A stretch of 25,080 nucleotides of DNA from Pseudomonadota bacterium (GCA_043767805.1 JAYUGC010000148.1:1-25080), one strand, 5' to 3'; counted from the first letter of the stretch, positions 16,922 through 25,080 are shown. Program-made: numbers and translations. The notes: generated from the sequence alone by a model not told the origin.

Positions 16922-19245
16922 ACGTCGTGAAAAAAATTGGAAAGGGACTCCTCTTCGGCTTAGGTTTCCTGACTGCTTGGGTCTTCATCCTCGCCCTCGT
17001 GATTTGGATTTTTCCCGCCCTACTCGTCACCAACAAGAACCTCGAACGAACCTCGCATTTTCTGAAGGGTAAAGGGATAGTGATCACGTGGCGGACTATT
17101 GACGTACACGCGAAATCCGCCTCGTTTTTGAAGAAGCAGCTTTCTCTCAAAGCCACCGATCTTTGCTACGGCGCCGAAGAGGAGCCGATGCGAGCCTGCT
17201 TTGGCTCCGCGGATCTTCTAGCGGCTTTTTCTCTAAAGGCTCCCGCCTACCAGGTCGATCACCTGGTACTCGCCGGAGGCGATGTCACGCTCCGCCCCAC
17301 TCCGGCTAAAAAGGAAGCCGAGAAGGAGAAAAGCCCTTCGACGGAGCTCTGGCCTCGGGCTCCCAAATTTTTGGAGTCCATGACGTTCCAGTCGATCGAC
17401 GTAGCCGTCGATAAATTACGGTATTTTCTCGAGGATGGCTCAATTCAGGGCAAAGCTCGCCTTATCGGCAAAGCGGAAGGAAAAGGCGCCAAGTTCGACG
17501 TCCAGAGCGACGCGGTCTTTGAAACGAAGGACAAGCCGTACGCTTTGAAGGCCAAGATCGATTTAGCGAGCAAGGACTCTCTCTGGTTTGGCCCCTATGT
17601 CATCGATGGCGATGCCAGCGCCAATCTCCCGGGTAAGCAGGTCGGCTGGGTCAAGATTCACGGGGTGCCCGACAAGGACGCCACGTCCATGACCTACGCC
17701 ATTGAAGGAGACTATCGTCAGCGTAAAGAACGTTTTGTCGGTAAAGTCAGCGGCGTCGCCGGCAAGAAGTCTATCGAAGCGCTCATCAACATGCAGGCCC
17801 AAGGCCTCGTCCCTCAACTCGCTAAAATCACGGCCATGGACTGCAAGGTTCAACTGAAGCCTCAGAACCCTGAAGGCACGAAGAGTCAGCTTTTACTGAA
17901 CTGCCCCGTTTCCCTGGTCGCCAATCGCGAAGTGTACCGAGGTGTCTTTTATGAGGAGATCCTCCGCGAGATGAAGCTACTCGTGAACCTTAAAGTCGAT
18001 CGCGAAGACAAGGGAGAAAAACGCGGCTCGCTGACCGGAGAGCTTGCCGTCTTGGTAGACCCCTTGCTTCAGCGCGCGAAAGAAGGAAACGCTACCCTTT
18101 CCACGAAGTTCACGGGCAATGCGCTCGAGTCCCCCAGCAGCTGGCAGTTTGATTCCAATCTCGATCTCAATATCCCTCATTTCGAGACCCTAGTGGCGGT
18201 CTCTCATAAAAAACCATGGGCCGTCCCCGCCCCACTCAATCATCTGAAAGGGAGTGTGGTCTTGAAGGTCTCCGGCAAAGGCGACCTGGCGAAGCTGCAA
18301 GCCAATCTTCCGGTGACTCTGACGACCAGACTTTCCGCGCAGGACCAAGTCATGAATATCGACGGCAAGGGTGCGCTCAGCATGGGGAAGAAGGCTGACG
18401 GAACCCATACCCACCTAGGATTCGAGGTGACGCTCGCGAACCTGAAGCTCATTCTCCCCGAGCTCGCGCAAAGCTCGCCGCCGCAGCTGCTTCCCGATTC
18501 TCGGATCAATCCCAATCCTAAAAAGGAAGCCGCTTCCGCTTTCACCTACGACATTAAAATTCTCACGCCTCAGCAGCAGCCTTTGCGCCTGGTTTCCAAT
18601 CTCGTGAAACAGGAGGTCCCCATCGCGGTGGACGTGCGTTTGCAAACGGGGCAAGACCCGAAAGGCTTCGTGCGGGTCGCGGGCGTGCCGGTCGAGATGT
18701 TTCGCCGGGTCGCCCAGCTGAAGCACTTAAATCTCTTGCTCACCGGAAATTCCGAGGCCACCGCCATCGACGGCCTCATCCAAGTCGCCTATACGGATTA
18801 CACGGTCTTCGTGATGATCGAAGGCAAAGCTTCCGAGCCCCAGATCAAGTTCCGGAGCGAGCCTCCCCTTCCCGAAGATCAGGTGCTGGCGGTCCTTCTC
18901 TTCGGCCGCAAGATGGACGCGCTCGATTCGAACGAAAGTAGCTCGGTCGGCAATACGAAGGCCGCCATCGCCGACAGCGCCATCAGCTTGGCCTCAATGT
19001 ACTTACTGGCCAGTACGCCGGTCGAGAGCGTTGGCTTCGATCCGTTCACCCACGAGTTCAAGGCAAAGCTAAAGCTCGCCGACGGGACCTCGCTCAATGT
19101 GGGAACCGACATGAAAGCCCTTTCCGAGATCGGGATCCGTAAGAGGCTTGGGCCGCACTGGAGCGTTACCACTTATCTAGAGAACCCGCTTTCTCCACTC
19201 GGCCAATCCGTCACCGCGTTTCTCGAGTGGAGCAAGGCTTACTGA
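16918..19245 (+). CDS. tamB: TamB-like (DUF490) translocation and assembly module protein
   Basis: N-terminal TM anchor, beta-rich body, DUF490 motif G-x-A-x-x-P-x-I-x-F-x-SEPPLPEDQVLAVLLFGR, terminal EWSKAY. Start uncertain: TTG 16918 overlapping the tamA stop, or GTG 16927 after GGAGGAG. Confidence 0.85.
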   Translation: MNVVKKIGKGLLFGLGFLTAWVFILALVIWIFPALLVTNKNLERTSHFLKGKGIVITWRTIDVHAKSASFLKKQLSLKATDLCYGAEEEPMRACFGSADLLAAFSLKAPAYQVDHLVLAGGDVTLRPTPAKKEAEKEKSPSTELWPRAPKFLESMTFQSIDVAVDKLRYFLEDGSIQGKARLIGKAEGKGAKFDVQSDAVFETKDKPYALKAKIDLASKDSLWFGPYVIDGDASANLPGKQVGWVKIHGVPDKDATSMTYAIEGDYRQRKERFVGKVSGVAGKKSIEALINMQAQGLVPQLAKITAMDCKVQLKPQNPEGTKSQLLLNCPVSLVANREVYRGVFYEEILREMKLLVNLKVDREDKGEKRGSLTGELAVLVDPLLQRAKEGNATLSTKFTGNALESPSSWQFDSNLDLNIPHFETLVAVSHKKPWAVPAPLNHLKGSVVLKVSGKGDLAKLQANLPVTLTTRLSAQDQVMNIDGKGALSMGKKADGTHTHLGFEVTLANLKLILPELAQSSPPQLLPDSRINPNPKKEAASAFTYDIKILTPQQQPLRLVSNLVKQEVPIAVDVRLQTGQDPKGFVRVAGVPVEMFRRVAQLKHLNLLLTGNSEATAIDGLIQVAYTDYTVFVMIEGKASEPQIKFRSEPPLPEDQVLAVLLFGRKMDALDSNESSSVGNTKAAIADSAISLASMYLLASTPVESVGFDPFTHEFKAKLKLADGTSLNVGTDMKALSEIGIRKRLGPHWSVTTYLENPLSPLGQSVTAFLEWSKAY

Positions 19246-20906
19246 GCTGCAGTCAGATAAGAGCGCAGGCTTTTTACTTCCTCTGAGGCGAGCCGCGCTC
19301 CGTGAGGCGGCATCTGGCCTTCGCCGTCCGTTGCGACTCGCTCCAAGATGTCCTCGAAGAGCGTACGCCCCGAGGCCGCCTTCTCTTTGAGCGTTTCTTT
19401 GAGAAGAGCTGGGGAGCTGAAGGGAATTTTTCTACCGATGGAGAGCGCGGCCTTACCCTCGTGGCAAGTGGTGCACCGCTGAAAGGGCAGCTGCGTGAGT
19501 CCTAAACGCCCCTGAACTTCAGGCACGGTCGGTGCCTTCACGGCCTGGCGGGTGGCATCCGTTGGCGCGGGCAACGTAACGCCGCCTTCTTTTTTGATGA
19601 GGAGCGGACAGGCATTTAACGCCGCTTCGAAATTGAGTCGGTTACCAAACACGTAGCCGTAGTCGCGGTAGACGTCGTCGGTTTTGTAGTACGGCCGAAA
19701 CTGAGGATCTTCCACGGCCAGGTCCTTCAAGATCTCCAGCATGAAGTCTTCCTTGAAGTAATAGTCCCGGCCGTCGTAAATGCTGCTCAAAATGCCGTCA
19801 AAGAATGAGTATGAGCTCTTCTCGAAAGCGAGCGACCACTCCGTGCGGTCGATGCCGAGAGCGTCGGCGAGGTAAGCAACCTGCACGAGGTTCTCGCTTG
19901 AATCGAGTTCCTGCATGTCCAAAGTTCCGGCGCCTGGTCCCTTCGGACGAGAGCCGAGACGAACCAGGCGATCGGTATTCTCTTCGGTCAAAACCTTCAA
20001 GGCGGCATCGACATCGGCCTGACCGAGCGGCAGATCGTGGCAGCCCAGGAAACCCGCGAGTAAACCGTACTTATACTTATCGTAGAGCGGCGACGCTTTG
20101 ATTTTGCGCTGGATGCGCTTGCGATTGAGCTCCGTCCACGCCATGCCAAGCCGGGTGTTGGGAAGATATTTTAGCGCGTCGACGCCTTCCTCGGCGGCGT
20201 TCGAGTCGAACTTGCGGGGATCGAGATAAGGCGGCACCGAGGTTCCCTTGGGCCAGCTCAAATATTTATAGAGACCCGCGTTCTTTTGCTTCTTCAAGAA
20301 GGCGCGGTACCAGCCGCCTTCGGGAGAATCTTTCGGAAAGGTATCGCGGACGCTTCCATAAAAGCCGGGCCACAAAGGATAAGAGTCCGAGACCGGGCGC
20401 GGGTCCGCGCCATGGCAGCGAAGACACGCGGAAGGGTTCGGGGCTCCATTTTCCTTGGCCAGCTCGGCGTCTCTGGGGTTGGCGGCCGCGGCATCGGGAA
20501 GAACAAAGCGGGAAAACTCGAAACGAGCTCCCTTATCGTGAAAACGGATGGCTTCGAGGGTATTGTAGCCCGGTTTTTCCGGATTGCCGGTAAAAGCGAG
20601 GGTCAAGCGGCCGTCCGGCGTAAAGAGAATGAGCCGGGGAGTCATTTTATCGACGGCACTTTCCGCCTCGTCGCCGAGACCTCCATGAGGGCTGCGGCTC
20701 TTATAGACGAACGTGAAATTCGCCCGGAGATCTCTCGAGAGAAGCGGCATCAGCTCTTCCATATTTTTCACCGGAAGGCCCGTCTTCGGGCTCTTTTTCA
20801 ACACAGAGACTAGTTCGTCGTAAGCATCCGCGTGCGCCGAAGCCGAGAGCACCGTCCCAAGAACCAACCCCACCGCACCGACGATTTTGAACCAATTCCC
20901 TCTCAT
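19239..20906 (-). CDS. Exported diheme c-type cytochrome of unknown function
   Basis: ORF 19239..20978, likelier start ATG 20906 followed by a signal peptide (...SASAHA). CxxCH at 20412-20426 (CLRCH) and 19461-19475 (CTTCH); the latter has a distal MPP ligand motif as in class I cytochromes c. Confidence 0.8.
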   Translation of the reverse strand: MRGNWFKIVGAVGLVLGTVLSASAHADAYDELVSVLKKSPKTGLPVKNMEELMPLLSRDLRANFTFVYKSRSPHGGLGDEAESAVDKMTPRLILFTPDGRLTLAFTGNPEKPGYNTLEAIRFHDKGARFEFSRFVLPDAAAANPRDAELAKENGAPNPSACLRCHGADPRPVSDSYPLWPGFYGSVRDTFPKDSPEGGWYRAFLKKQKNAGLYKYLSWPKGTSVPPYLDPRKFDSNAAEEGVDALKYLPNTRLGMAWTELNRKRIQRKIKASPLYDKYKYGLLAGFLGCHDLPLGQADVDAALKVLTEENTDRLVRLGSRPKGPGAGTLDMQELDSSENLVQVAYLADALGIDRTEWSLAFEKSSYSFFDGILSSIYDGRDYYFKEDFMLEILKDLAVEDPQFRPYYKTDDVYRDYGYVFGNRLNFEAALNACPLLIKKEGGVTLPAPTDATRQAVKAPTVPEVQGRLGLTQLPFQRCTTCHEGKAALSIGRKIPFSSPALLKETLKEKAASGRTLFEDILERVATDGEGQMPPHGARLASEEVKSLRSYLTAAQ

Positions 20907-21067
20907 ACCTAGGAACGCGTGAGACCAGGACGTATCGGCTCGCCGGGCTATATTTTTGCGGCGTGAGCCGTTTTCCAATCTTTCCGCGCGCTAACCGGTG
21001 GGAGGCGAAAAAAACTCGCCACCCCGGGTCGCCCTTCAAGCGGGCCGAACTTTCTAGGAGATTAGTC

Positions 21068-21976
21068 ATGAAACAAACGTTCACCAGAGCCCTCGTACTC
21101 GCCGGGCTCTTATCTTTCGCCGGGGCGGAAGCGGGAGCCGCGGGCGGACCCATTGTCCGCGATCATCGTGGTTCGGGTCCCATCGTCCGCGACCATCGTG
21201 GCGGTAACTTCAAACCTTCCCCCTTCAAGCCACCCATGGGGGTAAAACCACAGCCCATCGGCATCAAGGTCGGTATCGTTAAGCCGCCCATCAAAGTGGG
21301 CATCGTGAAACCGCCTCTCATCGGCATCGTGAAGCCGCCGATTAAAGTCGGCATCATTGGCATTAAGCCCATTGGGATCATCAAACCGCCCATTAAGGTC
21401 GGTATCATCGGCATTAAGCCCATCGGGATCATCAAGCCGCCCATCAAGGTTGGCGTAATCATCGGCATCGTGAAACCGCCGAAACATCCGCCCGTCATCG
21501 GCATCATCATCCCGCACCCGCCGCACTACCCCGGTCACTGGCCGCGGTGGCCGCACTGCCCGCGTCGTCCGGGCGGCGGATACTACCCGATTGTCGTCGG
21601 CGAACCGTACCCGGTCATGGTGCCGGTGGCTCAAGGAGTCACGGTATACAACCTGCAGTGCGCTCTCCCCGAGGGCTCCGAGGCGCAAGGTCTGTCGGCT
21701 GTGAACGTGAACCTCATGGCGATGTCCGACGGCAACTACCAGGTGTTCGGTAACTTCATGGACGGCGAAAAGAAGGAAGCTACCTTGAACACGGTCGCGA
21801 GAGGAACCCTCACGAACGAGCTGAACCTGTCCCTCGACGGCTCGGATGAGATCCTGCTCCAAGCCAAGATGGACGAGCAAGGCACGGAGTTCCTCCAGGG
21901 TAAAGTCACCCTGAAAGGCAACTCGGATCAAGACGGCCTCGCTTGCACCCTCTCGGTGGTCAAGCTCCAGCAGTAG
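21068..21976 (+). CDS. Secreted protein with an N-terminal Pro/Ile/Lys/Gly low-complexity repeat region and an acidic C-terminal beta domain
   Basis: AGGAG SD before ATG 21068, signal peptide (MKQTFTRALVLAGLLSFAGAEAGA), strongly biased codon usage, downstream terminator hairpin. Confidence 0.85.
   Translation: MKQTFTRALVLAGLLSFAGAEAGAAGGPIVRDHRGSGPIVRDHRGGNFKPSPFKPPMGVKPQPIGIKVGIVKPPIKVGIVKPPLIGIVKPPIKVGIIGIKPIGIIKPPIKVGIIGIKPIGIIKPPIKVGVIIGIVKPPKHPPVIGIIIPHPPHYPGHWPRWPHCPRRPGGGYYPIVVGEPYPVMVPVAQGVTVYNLQCALPEGSEAQGLSAVNVNLMAMSDGNYQVFGNFMDGEKKEATLNTVARGTLTNELNLSLDGSDEILLQAKMDEQGTEFLQGKVTLKGNSDQDGLACTLSVVKLQQ
21146..21202 (+). repeat. Coding tandem repeat, 2 x GPIVRDHRG (30-bp period)
   Basis: 21146-21172 and 21176-21202 encode identical 9-mers with only synonymous differences. 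Confidence 0.9.
21254..21484 (+). repeat. Coding repeat array of KPP(I/L)/IKVGI/IGI units, including 2 exact 17-aa copies of KPPIKVGIIGIKPIGII
   Basis: 51-bp units at 21332-21382 and 21383-21433 are identical in protein and differ at third codon positions; shorter KPPIKVG(I/V) units flank them. Confidence 0.9.
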
Positions 21977-22002
21977 GAGCCGAAGTAAGTCGGTAAGAGA
22001 CG

Positions 22003-22040
22003 GCGCCCACCTTGGCGAAAGCTGGGGTGGGCGCTTCTCT
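22003..22040 (+). terminator. Rho-independent terminator
   Basis: 14-bp stem GCGCCCACCTTGGC-GAAA-GCTGGGGTGGGCGC (3 G-U pairs, GNRA loop) followed by TTCTCT, 26 nt after the stop at 21976. Confidence 0.8.
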
Positions 22041-22041
22041 A

Positions 22042-22052
22042 TGTGGTAATTT
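22042..22052 (+). promoter_or_regulatory. Extended -10 element, probable leaderless promoter of the DUF421 gene
   Basis: TGTGgTAATTT ends 5 nt before ATG 22058; no SD; lies just after a terminator. Confidence 0.5.
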
Positions 22053-22057
22053 GAGCC

Positions 22058-22561
22058 ATGCCCGCTTTGTCGTCCCTCTTTATTCCCTCCGTACCGATCT
22101 TAAATCTCTGTTTGCGAGCTTTTGTCGTCTACATCTGGGTTCTGCTCCTAGTCAGAATCTCCGGAAAAAGACAGATGGGCCAGATGGGGCCAACGGAGTT
22201 CGTCGCGATTCTTCTCATCAGCAACGCCGTTCAGAACTCCATGAATGGTGGAGATAACTCTCTGGTGGGTGGGCTAGTGCTCGCGGCCGTTTTGATTTTT
22301 CTGAGCTGGGGCATATCGGTACTCACCTACCGAAGCCGAAAAATTCAAGATCTCTTCGAGGGCACGCCAACTCTTGTCGTAAATAAAGGCAAGATCATTT
22401 CCAAGCATTTGCAGCAGGAACATTTTCGTGAAAGCGAGCTAGTCACCATGCTGCGTAAACAAGGCATTCATCATTTGCACGAAATCGATACCGCCATTCT
22501 CGAATCGGACGGCACGCTCAGCGTAACGAAGGTAACCGACGGCCCCACCCCGCGCGTCTGA
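22058..22561 (+). CDS. DUF421 / YetF family membrane protein
   Basis: Motifs RISGKRQMGQM-x-x-x-EFV-x-ILLISNAVQN, EGTPTLVV-x-x-G, LRKQGI, AILESDGTLSV. Confidence 0.92.
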   Translation: MPALSSLFIPSVPILNLCLRAFVVYIWVLLLVRISGKRQMGQMGPTEFVAILLISNAVQNSMNGGDNSLVGGLVLAAVLIFLSWGISVLTYRSRKIQDLFEGTPTLVVNKGKIISKHLQQEHFRESELVTMLRKQGIHHLHEIDTAILESDGTLSVTKVTDGPTPRV

Positions 22562-22571
22562 CCTCGGGCCA

Positions 22572-22607
22572 GGGACGCGCCGGCTCTTTCGAGCCGTCAC
22601 GCGTCCC
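22572..22607. terminator. Hairpin between convergent genes (possible bidirectional terminator)
   Basis: GGGACGCG-c-CGGCTC-TTTC-GAGCCG-tca-CGCGTCCC: 8-bp plus 6-bp stems with an internal loop; no U-tract on either side. Confidence 0.5.
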
Positions 22608-22620
22608 CTCCCAGGAAGTA

Positions 22621-22995
22621 TCAGGGGAAAACCACGACTTGCCCGATCATGCCCATACTTTCGTGTGGCAGGCACACGTATTGGTAGGTGCCGGCTTCCG
22701 TGAAGGTGTGCGAGAACGCAGCTCCAGGGATAAGACGGCCCGAGTTGAAAGCCTTGGCGCCTCGGGGAAGGCGCACGTTATTCGGGTCACTGGCGAGCTT
22801 GGGATCCGCCGTAACCGTATGGGTGCCTCGGGAAACGTTTTTGAACTCGACCGTCTGCCCAGCCCGGATCTGAACCGTGCTCGGCGAGAAGACGCGTTGG
22901 TCGGTGATATTGACCCGCGCGCCCACCGCGGCGAAGGCCGGGCTGCCGGCGAAAATGGCCAAAAGGCCTGCAACGAAACTAGAACGTAAAGTCAT
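22621..22995 (-). CDS. Periplasmic type-1 blue copper protein (plastocyanin/halocyanin/amicyanin-like cupredoxin)
   Basis: ATG 22995 after AGGAG; signal peptide (...SPAFA); FSPSTVQIRAGQTVEF, HTVT, and ligand loop YVC-LP-H-ESMG-M giving a His/Cys/His/Met set. Confidence 0.92.
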   Translation of the reverse strand: MTLRSSFVAGLLAIFAGSPAFAAVGARVNITDQRVFSPSTVQIRAGQTVEFKNVSRGTHTVTADPKLASDPNNVRLPRGAKAFNSGRLIPGAAFSHTFTEAGTYQYVCLPHESMGMIGQVVVFP

Positions 22996-23089
22996 CTTGA
23001 ACTCCTTTGTTGCCCCATCCATAGCAACAAAGCGGTGCCGAGATCGACTGACCAAATTTCAGGAAAATCGCCCTAAAAAAGTAAACGGT

Positions 23090-23113
23090 ATTTTAAAAGG
23101 TACCTTTTAAAAT
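23090..23113. promoter_or_regulatory. Perfect 24-bp AT-rich palindrome, candidate operator
   Basis: ATTTTAAAAGGTACCTTTTAAAAT equals its own reverse complement. It abuts the amine oxidase stop and lies about 95 nt upstream of the cupredoxin start. The palindrome is certain; its function is not. Confidence 0.5.
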
Positions 23114-25050
23114 TAGCGCGCCGCTTTTTTCACGGGGGCTGGGACGTCCATCGACGGGTTGCGGGCGAAAAAGTTCAAAGGAATCAGCTTAAAGCCCGCG
23201 CGGTGGACCGACATGATAGGCCAATCCTCGGGGCGCGCGATGTGAGTGATGCCGAAGGTATACCAAAGCACGACGTCCTCGTTCTCGAGTTTCTCGTTGT
23301 TGGAAATGTACTTCGGCAAGCCTTCGCCCCCCGGCGCCTGGTTCGGGTACTCGCCCGCCGCGCCCTGCTCTTCCGTCCGGTACTTCGTGAACCACACGTG
23401 GTGGTTGATGAAGCCCGCGCGCTGGCGCACTTGGCTTTGCGGTTTGAGATAAGGCACCGAGTTCTCGCCGGCCACGAGCGCATAGCCCGTGGGATGCTCG
23501 AGCGCGTTCTTAACCGTAGAGCTCATCACTTTCCATTTGCGGGAAGACGCGAGATTGAGATCCCGCGCGGCGGCCTTCTCCGTCTTGAACGTCGTCTGCA
23601 CCACGTCGAACGCGTTATGAAACGGGTTCAAGGCGGTGGACTCGATGGCTTTCGTATTCATCTCGACGGGAAGATTCTTCGGCCCGTCGACGTCGAGATC
23701 CACGCGGAAGGCGAAAAAGTGCTGGTGGCTCGGCGCGATGATGTTCGCTTCGACCAAATGAGAGCAACCCTCGACGCACGGATTCGTGGTGAGCTTCGTT
23801 CCCTTGGCCTGCAAAATCCCGGTGAGCTGCGCCTCAACTTCGATCGTGCCGTCGAGCTTGAAGATGTAAGAGAAGCCGTAATCGTAGTTCGCGACGACCG
23901 TCATGAACGATAAAACGAGCTCGCGGCCCATGCGCGCGTCGACCAAATCGCGGTTTGCTTGATCCTGATGCTTCCAGAGAATGCCCGACTCACGCTCGAA
24001 GAGCGCGACCGTGCGGGGAATGGCGAATACCTTGCCGCCGTCATCGGCAAATTCCACGTCGAAGAAACGCGCGGATTCGGGCGCGTCGATGCCGGGAACG
24101 AGCGTATGAGCCGTGCGGCCGACGCCGTACTCGCCCAAATCGAAAGCATTGCGAAAAGCCCAGGTCTTATCGGGATCGCCGTAGGGAACGACCATCTCGG
24201 AAAGCCCAACCTTGTAAGCCACCGAGCGGCGCACGCCTTTGTCCATGAACGCCACCTGATAGAGCGTGAGGCCTTTTTGCGGGTGCACGGAAAAACGAAA
24301 GCGCCAGTTGTCCCAGCTCACTTCACCGTCCTTGAGGCTGAAGGAAACGCCATCGGGCAGAACGAGAGACAAAGGTTTCAGAGAAGGCCGCGCGCCGTTC
24401 GCAGCTTCGGTGAGCTCTTGCGTGCCCGCGGCAACCGGAACCGGTCCCGTGTCGACGAGCTCTATGACTTTCTTCGTGCTCATGTCGACCGTCGCGATGA
24501 GGCCTTCGATGGGGCGGGCGAAGAAGTTGATGCTCTTGCCCTTCAAATACGAGACGGCCCGCATGAGGCGCGCGCCGGATTTTCGTTCTTTGGCGGAGAG
24601 AATGCCGGGCACCCAGGAATCGAGCGCCACGTCTTCGATCTTCAAGCCCCGCTTTTCGATGGCTTTGATGTAGCCCGGATCCTGGCGAACGATGTTCGCG
24701 GTGATATCGTACTCTTCGAGAAGGATCGGCGCCTGGCCTTTTTGTTCGACGGCCGCTTCGAGCTTTCCGGTCGTGAGATCGACCGTGGCTTCCCAGAATT
24801 TTTGCTCCTTGGGCGCCAGGACGGACGCCTTGGCGCGGCGGGGAACGGGTTGACCCGCAAGGACGGTGGCTTTATCCGGCTCCTCCAAGGCAAGGATGGG
24901 GAACCGGGAGGTCTCCGGGAATTGCTTCGAGGCCCGGATGATTTCCACGGTGCGAGTGATTTCCTCGCCCGTCAGATCCTGCAAAGCATGGGGCACGGCC
25001 CAGCCCAAAGTAGAAGCGCACAGGCAGGTGCCCAAGAGTAAAAGCCGCAT
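23113..25050 (-). CDS. tynA: Periplasmic copper-containing (TPQ) primary amine oxidase
   Basis: ATG 25050 after GGAGG; signal peptide; catalytic Asp motif AFDLGEYG, TPQ consensus NYDY, Cu ligands HQH and THI, RPEDWPIM, NFFARNP. Confidence 0.95.
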   Translation of the reverse strand: MRLLLLGTCLCASTLGWAVPHALQDLTGEEITRTVEIIRASKQFPETSRFPILALEEPDKATVLAGQPVPRRAKASVLAPKEQKFWEATVDLTTGKLEAAVEQKGQAPILLEEYDITANIVRQDPGYIKAIEKRGLKIEDVALDSWVPGILSAKERKSGARLMRAVSYLKGKSINFFARPIEGLIATVDMSTKKVIELVDTGPVPVAAGTQELTEAANGARPSLKPLSLVLPDGVSFSLKDGEVSWDNWRFRFSVHPQKGLTLYQVAFMDKGVRRSVAYKVGLSEMVVPYGDPDKTWAFRNAFDLGEYGVGRTAHTLVPGIDAPESARFFDVEFADDGGKVFAIPRTVALFERESGILWKHQDQANRDLVDARMGRELVLSFMTVVANYDYGFSYIFKLDGTIEVEAQLTGILQAKGTKLTTNPCVEGCSHLVEANIIAPSHQHFFAFRVDLDVDGPKNLPVEMNTKAIESTALNPFHNAFDVVQTTFKTEKAAARDLNLASSRKWKVMSSTVKNALEHPTGYALVAGENSVPYLKPQSQVRQRAGFINHHVWFTKYRTEEQGAAGEYPNQAPGGEGLPKYISNNEKLENEDVVLWYTFGITHIARPEDWPIMSVHRAGFKLIPLNFFARNPSMDVPAPVKKAAR

Positions 25051-25080
25051 GAAACCCTCCAAGTAGGCGCGGAATATGAC

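Noticed and set aside
21146..21484. Repeat array as a possible CRISPR or VNTR
   Set aside because: No constant repeat with unique spacers, periods are multiples of 3 inside a CDS, and no cas genes are present.
21110..21931. Repetitive minus-strand ORFs (Asp-rich 273 aa; Met/Pro/Gly-rich 115 aa)
   Set aside because: Mirror readings of the + strand repeat gene, which has the SD, signal peptide and terminator; base differences between repeats are synonymous in the + frame.
23203..25041. 236-aa and 360-aa + strand ORFs
   Set aside because: Antisense shadows of the amine oxidase gene.

Overview
A gene-dense, GC-rich bacterial chromosomal segment with about 20 CDSs. I found no rRNA, tRNA, CRISPR array, transposase or integrase. 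The gene content (many secreted hydrolases, a TPR plus winged-helix protein, a short TamAB pair, an orphan diheme cytochrome) is reminiscent of Bdellovibrionota/Oligoflexia, but that is inference only. From left to right: a DUF5684-like membrane protein (probably 5'-truncated); a PH-domain membrane protein; a translationally coupled minus-strand trio (TPR/wHTH protein, secreted protein, TMEM175 K+ channel); three secreted hydrolases (S1 protease, LCAT-like lipase, fungal-type GH15 glucoamylase); an RNA-modification-rich block (Tgt fused to an MnmD/MnmC2-type methyltransferase, AI-2E transporter, DUF1993, tandem RsmC-like MTase, RlmI/K-like MTase); lipoprotein-type tamA and tamB; a diheme cytochrome c; a secreted Pro/Ile/Lys/Gly-repeat protein; DUF421; a cupredoxin; and a copper amine oxidase. 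The best candidate for an undescribed system is the Tgt-MnmD fusion. Tgt installs an aminomethyl base (preQ1) at tRNA position 34 and MnmD-type enzymes N-methylate an aminomethyl group at position 34, so the fusion could make N-methyl-preQ1 in tRNA (hypothesis). All family calls come from motif recognition by eye; no searches were run.
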